DNA of 64,000 bases from an uncultured Gallionella sp. (GCA_964623195.1 CAZURE010000003.1:19910-83909); one strand, 5' to 3'. Positions 55,834 to 63,819 are shown, numbered from the stretch's first letter. Numbers and translations: made by a program. Notes: generated from the sequence alone by a model not told the origin.

Positions 55834-56903
55834 GACTTCCTGCTTGTTTTGTTCACGATCCACTTACCATCTTGTTTTAGCGTCAGCATGGTGCGTGTGC
55901 CGTCAGTGCGGCTGCGGGTGAATTTACGTGCCATCAAAAAATAGATGCCATCGATGCCGTGTGGCTCTGAATCCACGCGAATGCGCTGCCCCGGTTTCCA
56001 TAACAGGCCATCGGCAGGTTGGCCGGGTGCAACGATGCGATGCCCTTGCACTTGGACGGTTAGCGTCAAGCCATTCAAATGACTTTCGTCGATGATCTTT
56101 TGCGCACGATTGCGGCACTCTGCCACGCTGTCGCACGCATCGGTCACGATCTTGGGGCGATGCCATTTGATGTCCTTGTCTTCCACGGTGTCACGCAGCG
56201 CATTCTTTCCTTGCTCTTGCTCAGTGCCATGCGCTTGCCCAAGCACGGTCACTTTTGAATAGCGACCATGCATGGAGATATTTTGTTTCAGGCTGAGCAC
56301 GTTATTGTCTTTGCCATCTCGTTTGATGATTAGCGTCGCCGAAACAGGCACTGTGTAATCCGGCCCGCCAATCACCAGCGTGCCATCCGGCTCGAACCAA
56401 GGCCATAAACCGTTGGCTTCGGCAGCATGAACCAACGCATTCCAAGCGGTATCGCCGGGCTGGATGTTGACCTTCTCACGTATCAGCGTCGCATCGGCAT
56501 CTATTCGCGGCGGCTTGATGCCGAACTCAGTGACCAGCTTGGCGGCGATCTCTTTCAGGCTGACCTGCTTGACACCGAATAGCGGTGCGGAACAATCCAG
56601 CAGGTCGGCGGCTTTATCGCGCCCGGACAAGCTAAAAGTATTATCGTTTTTGCTGACTTGATGATTGATCTCATCCACACGACCCGTCATCACCACATCA
56701 TCATCTACACGTACTTCGACTGACGCACCCGCAGCAACAGCGGGCGGCATTTGGTTTAATGCCATACCCAGCGACACCTGCCAGGCATCGGCAGGGACGA
56801 GCAGATCGCTATCGATCTCATAACTTTGCCAGCGGTCATGCATCTGCCCGCCAATCAATAATTTAACCCTATCAATTTGTGTAGGCTCAACGGGAGTAGG
56901 CAT
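55830..56903 (-). CDS. Baseplate hub (Mu gp44/GpD-like)
   Basis: WQSYEIDSDLLVPADAW, GRDKAADLLDCS, WKPGQRI. Confidence 0.9.
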   Translation of the reverse strand: MPTPVEPTQIDRVKLLIGGQMHDRWQSYEIDSDLLVPADAWQVSLGMALNQMPPAVAAGASVEVRVDDDVVMTGRVDEINHQVSKNDNTFSLSGRDKAADLLDCSAPLFGVKQVSLKEIAAKLVTEFGIKPPRIDADATLIREKVNIQPGDTAWNALVHAAEANGLWPWFEPDGTLVIGGPDYTVPVSATLIIKRDGKDNNVLSLKQNISMHGRYSKVTVLGQAHGTEQEQGKNALRDTVEDKDIKWHRPKIVTDACDSVAECRNRAQKIIDESHLNGLTLTVQVQGHRIVAPGQPADGLLWKPGQRIRVDSEPHGIDGIYFLMARKFTRSRTDGTRTMLTLKQDGKWIVNKTSRKS

Positions 56904-58149
56904 GGAGCGAGTCTCCGGCTTGCACGAAATTCGGCAGGCGCAAGTTATTCAAACGTTGTAGTTCAGATGCGCGGTTGTGATCGCCATAGAACGCATGCGC
57001 GATCAGGCGTAGATTCCCCGGCGTTTTAACCGTGCGCGAAATCAACGGCGGTCGTGCTTCGATGATGGCGCGTGCGGTGGTTTGCAACGCCAGTGCCTGA
57101 TTCTTTAACGGCTCGGTGATGGTGCGGCTTTGCTCTATGCTATAGGTCAAGCGCACCTGTTCGATGGTGGCGTCGATATCAGCGCGTGCGATATTGACGA
57201 TGGCTTCTATCTGTACCGGTGAGCGTGTCGCGGTATCGGCCTCGCTGACCATCATCAAACCCGCAGCATTGGCGAGTGTGACGGTGCTATTCACCACAAT
57301 CGTCACGGCAACAGCAGCACCAGCTTGGTCTTCTGTCGGGGCTGTGCCAGCAGAAATCTGTGAGCTGGCTTCATACTTTTTAAAGATGGCAAAGGCATTG
57401 AGATCATTGCGTATGCTTATCCAGTCCTGCTCAAGTTGTTCGCGCCAGTCGTACACATCCAGCAAGTTATTCACAATGGCAGAAATATCATTACCCCAGG
57501 CACGCGGGTAAGCCAACACATCAAGGCCGGACAAGGTCACGCTGATGCCGGTGGTCAATGCCAGTAGCGGTTGGATCATACTGGCGCGTGTTTGGTCCAG
57601 TGCTGAAAGCGGATTTGCCACACGCAGGCGATCAATGACCGAGCCATGCACTTCGCTTGCTGCCGCACTGGCCTGAGTGCCATGATTTTTGATGTCCTCG
57701 GCTTTTTGTGACGCAACCTCCCGCGAGAAAAATGTTGCTGCGGTAGTGGACTCGACGAATTCGATGGACACGCTGGCTTGATCAAATTTTTCCGCGTCGT
57801 GACGAATCTTATAACTGGCGACCTGCACAAACATCAGCCCGAATACCGGGTGCTGTAACCAGCCGCCTTGAGCCTGTCCTGATCCTGTCGAAGGGACAAC
57901 ACCATTCTGCTCATCTTTTCCAGCTAATGCCGCTTCGAACTCTTGCAGCGCTGACTCGTAATCATCCCCGTAAAAAATCGCCTGTACCGAAATCTTGCGC
58001 GAACGCCGACCCATGTTCTCGACATCCGCTCCATCCACATAAGGGTAGGAATGTTCGACCAAGACATGGTCCGCAGCGTCATCGGTAGAGATGCAATCGA
58101 AAACGATGCCCCTGAAAGATGCGTCCAATAATGTATCTCGCCAACTCAT
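56887..58149 (-). CDS. DNA circularisation/tail protein (Mu gp43-like)
   Basis: LLDASFRGIVF, HSYPYVDGADVENMGR, LQHPVFG, LIAHAFYGDHNRA LysM-like end. Confidence 0.9.
   Translation of the reverse strand: MSWRDTLLDASFRGIVFDCISTDDAADHVLVEHSYPYVDGADVENMGRRSRKISVQAIFYGDDYESALQEFEAALAGKDEQNGVVPSTGSGQAQGGWLQHPVFGLMFVQVASYKIRHDAEKFDQASVSIEFVESTTAATFFSREVASQKAEDIKNHGTQASAAASEVHGSVIDRLRVANPLSALDQTRASMIQPLLALTTGISVTLSGLDVLAYPRAWGNDISAIVNNLLDVYDWREQLEQDWISIRNDLNAFAIFKKYEASSQISAGTAPTEDQAGAAVAVTIVVNSTVTLANAAGLMMVSEADTATRSPVQIEAIVNIARADIDATIEQVRLTYSIEQSRTITEPLKNQALALQTTARAIIEARPPLISRTVKTPGNLRLIAHAFYGDHNRASELQRLNNLRLPNFVQAGDSLHAYSR
57871..57896. repeat. REP-like element fragment in frame within gp43
   Basis: GCCTGTCCTGATCCTGTCGAAGGG, one mismatch from the recalled repeat GCCTGTCCTGAGCCTGTCGAAGG; encodes PSTGSGQA. 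Confidence 0.55.
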
Positions 58150-58151
58150 AG

Positions 58152-58206
58152 TGCGAGATTACGCAAGTGCGAATGCACAGTTAAGACGGAAAGCGTTCCG
58201 GGGGAA
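58152..58206 (-). repeat. Direct repeat copy A with CGGAA-N4-TTCCG dyad; probable late promoter for gp43
   Basis: Shares blocks TGCGAGATTAC, GCGAATG, AGTTAAGACGGAAA, TTCCGGGG with 59121-59177. Confidence 0.8.
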
Positions 58207-58245
58207 ACCTGAGCTTAAGCCGGGGAGTGGCGGCTAGTAATAAAG

Positions 58246-58590
58246 CTAATCGTTCTTAGCGCCGTTCTGTATCCAATGATAGATCGCCCATTTCTTTTCT
58301 TCAGACAGCTTGGACCCTTTAGGCATTCGCTCGGTGGCGACCATGTAATACAGCCGGCTTTCCAAAGGCTTTCCAGCCTTAACAACGTTTTGAATGCTGC
58401 GGTAATCCATCAGGAAAGGGGGGCGGGCGGCGTGGCAATATGAACAAATCTCGCCGAATACGTTTTGGCTAAGCCATGTGTAAGTCGGCTTAACGCTGTG
58501 ATCAACAGCAATATCAGGGGGCGGCTTTAATACCACCGTTTCACACGCTGCGAGTGACAGGCTCAATAGTGAGATAAGCAATAAACGCAT
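58246..58590 (-). CDS. Lipoprotein monoheme c-type cytochrome
   Basis: Lipobox LAAC, CSYCH, distal MPKG, C-terminal HWIQNGA. Confidence 0.8.
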   Translation of the reverse strand: MRLLLISLLSLSLAACETVVLKPPPDIAVDHSVKPTYTWLSQNVFGEICSYCHAARPPFLMDYRSIQNVVKAGKPLESRLYYMVATERMPKGSKLSEEKKWAIYHWIQNGAKND

Positions 58591-58703
58591 AGGCCTATCA
58601 TAATGAAAATCGAACGTTCTTGGGAAAGCTTAATGGCGTCTTGCCGTTATCTAGCTACTGAGTTGCTGCGTTTCTGTCATTGTCGACTTGTTATACTCTC
58701 GCA

Positions 58704-59006
58704 ATGAAGACATTTAATATGGCATCCAATATCTTCCTGGTACTTTTGCTACTCTTTTTATTATTTGCATTCGGATTTTCTCTGGATGATCAAATGGTTC
58801 TGGATGGTCTGATAGGGATTTCTATTGTTCTGTTCGTTATCGCGTATTTAATAGCGTTTGTTCTTAGGATATTTTTTTACCCGTCAGATGAATCTGATTC
58901 ACAGCCATCCGATGCGAAGTGGAATTGGTCACAAGTGGTGATGTGGATAGTCGTGCTCGCCTTAATTTCTTTGCGGATATGGTATGACATATCAAAAGTC
59001 GCCTGA
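58704..59006 (+). CDS. 3-TM small membrane protein, paralog 1 (100 aa)
   Basis: Three hydrophobic segments with an acidic loop; TGTTATACT 6 nt before the ATG. Confidence 0.7.
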   Translation: MKTFNMASNIFLVLLLLFLLFAFGFSLDDQMVLDGLIGISIVLFVIAYLIAFVLRIFFYPSDESDSQPSDAKWNWSQVVMWIVVLALISLRIWYDISKVA

Positions 59007-59120
59007 TTTTTCTCCTAGCATTATTGTAGAAATGACAATTCGTCATTTTCAGAATCGCTACTGACTCGACAATCTTCTTCTATCTCCGAAAGTAGCGATT
59101 CCAAATGCCTATAGAAGTGT

Positions 59121-59177
59121 TGCGAGATTACCCTTAGGCGAATGTGACGTAGTTAAGACGGAAAACATTCCGGGGAA
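59121..59177 (-). repeat. Direct repeat copy B immediately after the tape-measure stop codon
   Basis: Same four conserved blocks and dyad as 58152-58206. Confidence 0.8.
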
Positions 59178-60425
59178 TTATTGGCGAGCAGCGTTGCGTG
59201 TATGCGCTTGATCAACCGATGCAACGATGTTGCCGTTTTGCACCTCGACGACAACCTTGGTGGGTTCTTGCTTGCCGTTAATTAAATCATGTAGATAAAA
59301 ACCTAGTTTCGTTTCTTCGCCGGATACGGCGCTCACCAGCGAATCTATACCATCGCGCACCACAGGGCCAACTACGTCTCGGCCAAACGAAAATGACTCT
59401 TTCAGATAGTCAAGCGAACGCACCTTATTAATTAGCCCCAAAGTTCTGCCACCCTTGCTGGGTTTACCATTGCCTCCCCGCATGGCGGCTTCACGATTTT
59501 TCTCATTGCGTTTTTGTCGTAATGGCTCTCCTTTCGAAAGCATTCCGCTCGGCCAGTTGGTGACAAATACGCTCTGTACATCCATTGAGCCAGCAACGTT
59601 AGCGAACCTCCCCGTCTTACCACCCGATTTTTTCCTGCGGTTTTTGTACAAACTCACCCCAGCTAGGGCCGTGGTCAAACCCCCTATCACGCCCATTTCT
59701 AAGCCAAGCCCGCCTGTCGGTGCAGTATCGTCCGCCGATTTCCCCGGTGAATTGCTAGCGTTAGCGGTGATTTTGTCAGAACTATCGGAGGATGTCAGCT
59801 TATCAACCTGAATTTCTGCCGCCTTGATTTTGCCGAAGTCAGCCTGTTTAGCTTCGGCAAAATCAGTGCTGAGCCGTTTGCTTTTTGCCGTTTGATCTGC
59901 GGAAGCCACCTCGCTGCGGATGATGTCCGAGTTTTCCATCAAGGCTTGAATCAGTTGATTGGTTTCCCGGTTATTAAAGCCTGCCTGACCTGTCTTGAGG
60001 TTATCTTCCAGTCCTTTTGCTTTCATCACATCGACTAACTCCAGCAAACCCTCTACACCGCCTTCGCCGCGAAACTTTCCATCCGGCGCAAATTTTTCGA
60101 CATCGATGTCAAAATTTTTCAACGCTTCTACATATTGTGCGCTGGTGCTATTCACCAGTCCATACTGCATTTTCGCCTTGGCCTGCTCAGGACTATTGGC
60201 GGAGGCAGATTTCTGCAACACCTGTGTCATTGCTCCAGTGAGGTTTAGGCCACGCTCACCTTTTATACCGACCGCTTCCAGGCCAGTTGACTGCGGCTGT
60301 TTGAAGTCACGACGCACCGCACCAAGTCCCTGTGTGCTTTGCTCGTTAAAGCGGCGCATCACTGCCATAGCCTCGGGAGTAGCCTGCACCAGCAGTGTCG
60401 ACGTGTGATTGCGATCATTGTTCAT
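59178..60425 (-). CDS. Short tape-measure protein (415 aa)
   Basis: Position between chaperone and gp43; Mu-type motifs VQSVFVTNWP and KVVVEVQNGNIVASV; GAGGA Shine-Dalgarno. Confidence 0.75.
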   Translation of the reverse strand: MNNDRNHTSTLLVQATPEAMAVMRRFNEQSTQGLGAVRRDFKQPQSTGLEAVGIKGERGLNLTGAMTQVLQKSASANSPEQAKAKMQYGLVNSTSAQYVEALKNFDIDVEKFAPDGKFRGEGGVEGLLELVDVMKAKGLEDNLKTGQAGFNNRETNQLIQALMENSDIIRSEVASADQTAKSKRLSTDFAEAKQADFGKIKAAEIQVDKLTSSDSSDKITANASNSPGKSADDTAPTGGLGLEMGVIGGLTTALAGVSLYKNRRKKSGGKTGRFANVAGSMDVQSVFVTNWPSGMLSKGEPLRQKRNEKNREAAMRGGNGKPSKGGRTLGLINKVRSLDYLKESFSFGRDVVGPVVRDGIDSLVSAVSGEETKLGFYLHDLINGKQEPTKVVVEVQNGNIVASVDQAHTRNAARQ

Positions 60426-60442
60426 TTGCTATACTTCCTCAT

Positions 60443-60811
60443 ATGAATATATATATAACGACGTTCAAGATATTCTTTGTATTTTTGCTTATTCTGATAC
60501 TTTCATATTTCTTTGCAGTGCCACTGGAATATCGATCGTCTCTGGAAGAGAGATTCTCTCTGGAGGATGCAATAGGTGCTATTTCTGTACTGTCTTTTAT
60601 GCTGCTTATATTGTCGTATCTTCTAGCGTTTATTCTGATTTTTGTTTTAAGGGCAATTTCTTCGATGCAATCAGAGCAGTCCGATCAGGAGTCGGAGGAG
60701 TCCTCTGGAAACTATTCGTTTTCGTTGACCGAAACGTTGATACTTTTTGCTATCGTGTCCGTATTAGTTTATCTCGGGGTACCATCAATATGGTCTCTCC
60801 TGACTAAATAG
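60443..60811 (+). CDS. 3-TM small membrane protein, paralog 2 (122 aa)
   Basis: Three hydrophobic segments; FSLED and SYLLAF match paralog 1; TGCTATACT 7 nt before the ATG. Confidence 0.7.
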   Translation: MNIYITTFKIFFVFLLILILSYFFAVPLEYRSSLEERFSLEDAIGAISVLSFMLLILSYLLAFILIFVLRAISSMQSEQSDQESEESSGNYSFSLTETLILFAIVSVLVYLGVPSIWSLLTK

Positions 60812-60947
60812 CTAGCTCTCTTAAAATGATGGCGTTTCGCATCTTCAGAAATACTACTGATGCGACGCTTTCCTTTCGCTTCAACATCCTTGGGGCTGTC
60901 TATTTACAGTATGATGACTGTCACTTTTCATTTGTTATAATTTTCCT

Positions 60948-61196
60948 ATGACATTTAAGATTTTAGTGATATTCCTGCTACTCCTGATCCTCCATCAACT
61001 CGGACTTACTTCGGTGGAATTGATTGGTGCTGGTTTATCGCTGTCAGCCCTGATAGCACTGCCGCAGATGGTGAAGAGCCTGACAGGTTGGTTTTCCTCA
61101 ACGGAGGCATCATGGACTGAGAAAGCAATGCCAATAATTTTCTTATCGGTTGCCGCTTTATTATTTCTTGGCATGGTGTTTTTTTCACCTTCCTGA
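60948..61196 (+). CDS. 3-TM small membrane protein, paralog 3 (82 aa)
   Basis: TFKILVIFLLLLIL versus TFKIFFVFLLILIL of paralog 2; TGTTATAAT 6 nt before the ATG. Confidence 0.7.
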   Translation: MTFKILVIFLLLLILHQLGLTSVELIGAGLSLSALIALPQMVKSLTGWFSSTEASWTEKAMPIIFLSVAALLFLGMVFFSPS

Positions 61197-61415
61197 CTGA
61201 CCCTTCCGCCTAGCCCCCTTGTAATGATGCCGCTTCGCATCCCCAGAGCCACCTCTGACGCGACGCTGTTCTTCCATCTCAGCAGCAACCATTCCTAATA
61301 TCCATAGCCATTGCCCTTCGGTCAGGTCGCAGGCGGGGAGGCCAAAGCAGTGATAAGCTTTTTCAGCATGGCGGTACTTAAATCGTTCAAAGGCGGATTC
61401 TCCGGCGTTTTTTTT
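61185..61415 (-). CDS. -1 frameshift extension of the tail assembly chaperone (GT-type fusion)
   Basis: A-AAA-AAA slippery site at 61409-61415; -1 frame open to TGA at 61185 (KNAGESAFERFKYRHAEKAYHCFGLPACDLTEGQWLWILGM...). Confidence 0.7.
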   Translation of the reverse strand, partial: KKNAGESAFERFKYRHAEKAYHCFGLPACDLTEGQWLWILGMVAAEMEEQRRVRGGSGDAKRHHYKGARRKGQSGR

Positions 61416-61810
61416 ACTGTCTCGACCAGTGCGATGAATTCTTCATCCCCCATCGTCCGTTCGGAGGGCGAGAAGGTTTTTTCGTGTTCGAGATAGGCTT
61501 CGATCAGCGCGGATTTTTCATCACGGGTGATGACTTCACGCAACGCCAGGGCAGAGTCTGCCAGCGGTTTTTTTGTGACCGGGTCTATCATGGCGCGGTA
61601 GAGCAACTGGCTGGCTTTTTCTGATTCAAAGGCTTCGGAAGAGGACAGGCTAAGTTCTACCCCGGCATCTATCATGGCGACTTCGGTGGCGATTTGTGCA
61701 TCGAGATAGTCTTGCTCGGTCAGTACCCGCAGGCCGATCTTCACCCCGTTGAGGGTGGTCTCGCAGGTTGCTGCGCGACCGGCCTTGAGCTTATCGAGTA
61801 AGCTGCTCAT
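61322..61810 (-). CDS. Tail assembly chaperone
   Basis: Between tube and tape measure; ends VKKTP at a slippery site. Confidence 0.8.
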   Translation of the reverse strand: MSSLLDKLKAGRAATCETTLNGVKIGLRVLTEQDYLDAQIATEVAMIDAGVELSLSSSEAFESEKASQLLYRAMIDPVTKKPLADSALALREVITRDEKSALIEAYLEHEKTFSPSERTMGDEEFIALVETVKKTPENPPLNDLSTAMLKKLITALASPPAT

Positions 61811-62178
61811 AGATTAACCTTCCTCAAACAATACAGGCTGATGTCGCGCACCATTTCGCCTTCGAGTTGATAGCGCGAGTTGATGCTGGTGACGTTGCAG
61901 TCTTGAAAGGTGGTGCGCTTGGATGTGTTACCCAGCGGGTAGATGACGATCTGTGCATCCAGCATGGCTTCCCAGTCGTATTCTCCAGACGCAGGGGCGG
62001 GCGCGGTGATTTTCAGCTCGTAGGTTTTCATACCGCTTACGCTGCCTTTGGCGTGGCCGGTGCGGTTCATGGTTTTAACCGCCTTGCGCCCTCCGTTGAC
62101 TGTTTCGTCGAATGACACTACATCGACTTCTTGACCGTTGATCTCGACTACTATTTCGCCGTCGTATTCGATTGACAT
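61807..62178 (-). CDS. Tail tube protein
   Basis: Follows the sheath gene; YDGEIVVEING...KTMNRTGHAKG. Confidence 0.85.
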   Translation of the reverse strand: MSIEYDGEIVVEINGQEVDVVSFDETVNGGRKAVKTMNRTGHAKGSVSGMKTYELKITAPAPASGEYDWEAMLDAQIVIYPLGNTSKRTTFQDCNVTSINSRYQLEGEMVRDISLYCLRKVNL

Positions 62179-62221
62179 GTTTGTTCTCCAGTTGATTTAT
62201 ATTCGAGTTAATTAACGTTTT

Positions 62222-63640
62222 TTACAGCAACAGATCTATGCGTCCGGCAAACACATGCAAGCCGTTCACGACGTCTGTCGGTATCTTGGCATTGAGCCGG
62301 TTGGGGTCTTGCAGATCACGTTCTACGATCAGTCCGTTTTTGTTCGCATCCACGTTTTCGACGACTTCCAATTCCTCAAGTTTGTAGAGCACATCAAGTA
62401 GTTGGTCGCGCACTTTCGGGGCGGTGCGTTGCGATAGTTTCTCGCGCGGGAAGCGCAGGGCGACTCGTTCACGACAGGCTTTGCGCACATAGTCCAGGGT
62501 GCGGATGGTGGTGAGGTCGAGCAGGCTGATGTCGGGGATGGCTTGTGCATCGAGTGTGTAGGTGGTGATAGCTCGCACGATTTGCACTTTTTCTCCCGGC
62601 CCGACTTCGAGCGGGGTGACGCCGTTGTATAGCGCGTTTTCTTGCTCGGTGCGGCTGAGCCTGTCTGCCAATGCCGGGGCGGTAACGCCTTTTAATTCGA
62701 GCAGGTTGAGTGGGCGTGCCGGGTCTTCTTCGCTCGCTACCACTGCGCCATAGGCGGCAGCCAATTCGCAGGGTTGCTCGGGCACTTTGATGTTAGGTGC
62801 ACTGATGCGCCCGGTGTTGATGGATGCTGCCAAAGTGGTCGAGGCGGCAAGTGTGCCAGTGTGACTGTAGATGCCGATTGCACCGCGTTGTTCCAAGGGG
62901 CTGCTGACGTTATCGAGATGGTCGCGCAATGTGGTCAGGCTAGTGGCATCGTTGAATGCTGAGATGATGTTGTCGTGACCTGCGCCGAATACATTGGCGA
63001 GCGGTGTTGCTATGTCCGGGTCGGATGCACCGGATGTCATCGCCACGACGGCGGCAGTGATGCCGTTGGCTGAGCTGGTGGTTTGCAGGCTGATGTTATT
63101 GCCTTGCGTACCTTTGTTTTTTGCGGTCAAGGTGACTACGGCTGCTGTGGCGGCTGCCGTGACCGGGAGATCCGGTTGTAATCCGATTTGTGCAACCAGT
63201 GCATTGGCGATAGCCGTTGCGCTATCCGTTGCGGCAATGGCGATCTGCACCCGCTTGCCTGCCACATTGAGAGTGAATGCGCCGCCAGAAGTGGCCGTGC
63301 CGGTGATGGTGACCGTGCCTTCGGCAGCGATACCGGCACCGGCATCATCCAGCGCGATGGCTTGTAGCGCGAGATAGGGATTCGCCTTGATCGCAGCACG
63401 GCACATCAGGTGCAGTTGTGAGCCGTTGCCAAAGTAGGTGGCGGCCTCGGTGTCGGAGAATATATCCGTCACCACATCTGCGGCTACGCTACCAGCGGCG
63501 ATACGTTGACCGATGATTAAGGTCTTTTGCAGGTTGCCGGGCAAGGTGCGCACCGCTAACTTGGTGTTGAATTCAAAATATTTGCCGGGCTTGCGGATGC
63601 TTGCCGGAATGTTGTCGAAGTCGATATTTGTGCTGGCCAT
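62222..63640 (-). CDS. Contractile tail sheath protein (Mu gpL-like)
   Basis: IRKPGKYFEFN, EEDPARPLN, NGVTPL, DLTTIRTLDYVR, VVNGLHVFA. Confidence 0.95.
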   Translation of the reverse strand: MASTNIDFDNIPASIRKPGKYFEFNTKLAVRTLPGNLQKTLIIGQRIAAGSVAADVVTDIFSDTEAATYFGNGSQLHLMCRAAIKANPYLALQAIALDDAGAGIAAEGTVTITGTATSGGAFTLNVAGKRVQIAIAATDSATAIANALVAQIGLQPDLPVTAAATAAVVTLTAKNKGTQGNNISLQTTSSANGITAAVVAMTSGASDPDIATPLANVFGAGHDNIISAFNDATSLTTLRDHLDNVSSPLEQRGAIGIYSHTGTLAASTTLAASINTGRISAPNIKVPEQPCELAAAYGAVVASEEDPARPLNLLELKGVTAPALADRLSRTEQENALYNGVTPLEVGPGEKVQIVRAITTYTLDAQAIPDISLLDLTTIRTLDYVRKACRERVALRFPREKLSQRTAPKVRDQLLDVLYKLEELEVVENVDANKNGLIVERDLQDPNRLNAKIPTDVVNGLHVFAGRIDLLL

Positions 63641-63807
63641 TATGACTGTCCTTTCTTTTTAGTGATTAGTTCGATCAGGTCACCTTCTGCTTTGCGTCGC
63701 AGGTAGTAGGCGGTGTCCGCTACGTTCACCGCTGCTGCATCGGTGATGTATTCACGCGGATTGTTTTCTTTGGGGACTTTGATTCCCGGTGCGGCTTTGA
63801 CTTTCAT
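63640..63807 (-). CDS. DUF2635/Mu gp38-like small protein (55 aa, absent from ORF track)
   Basis: MKVKAAPGIKVPKENNPREYITD...YYLRRKAEGDL; TAATG overlap with the sheath gene. Confidence 0.85.
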   Translation of the reverse strand: MKVKAAPGIKVPKENNPREYITDAAAVNVADTAYYLRRKAEGDLIELITKKKGQS

Positions 63808-63819
63808 ATCGTTTCCTCT

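Noticed and set aside
58864-59046. 60-aa minus-strand ORF downstream of repeat copy B
   Set aside because: Antisense shadow of TM paralog 1 with no protein features; an antisense RNA role remains possible
58152-60872. Cargo spacers as integron attC sites or a CRISPR-like array
   Set aside because: No RYYYAAC/GTTRRRY cores, no regular repeat-spacer period, and no integrase or cas genes
60995-61288. 97-aa minus-strand ORF antisense to TM paralog 3
   Set aside because: It is a different frame from the chaperone frameshift product and is better explained as a shadow ORF
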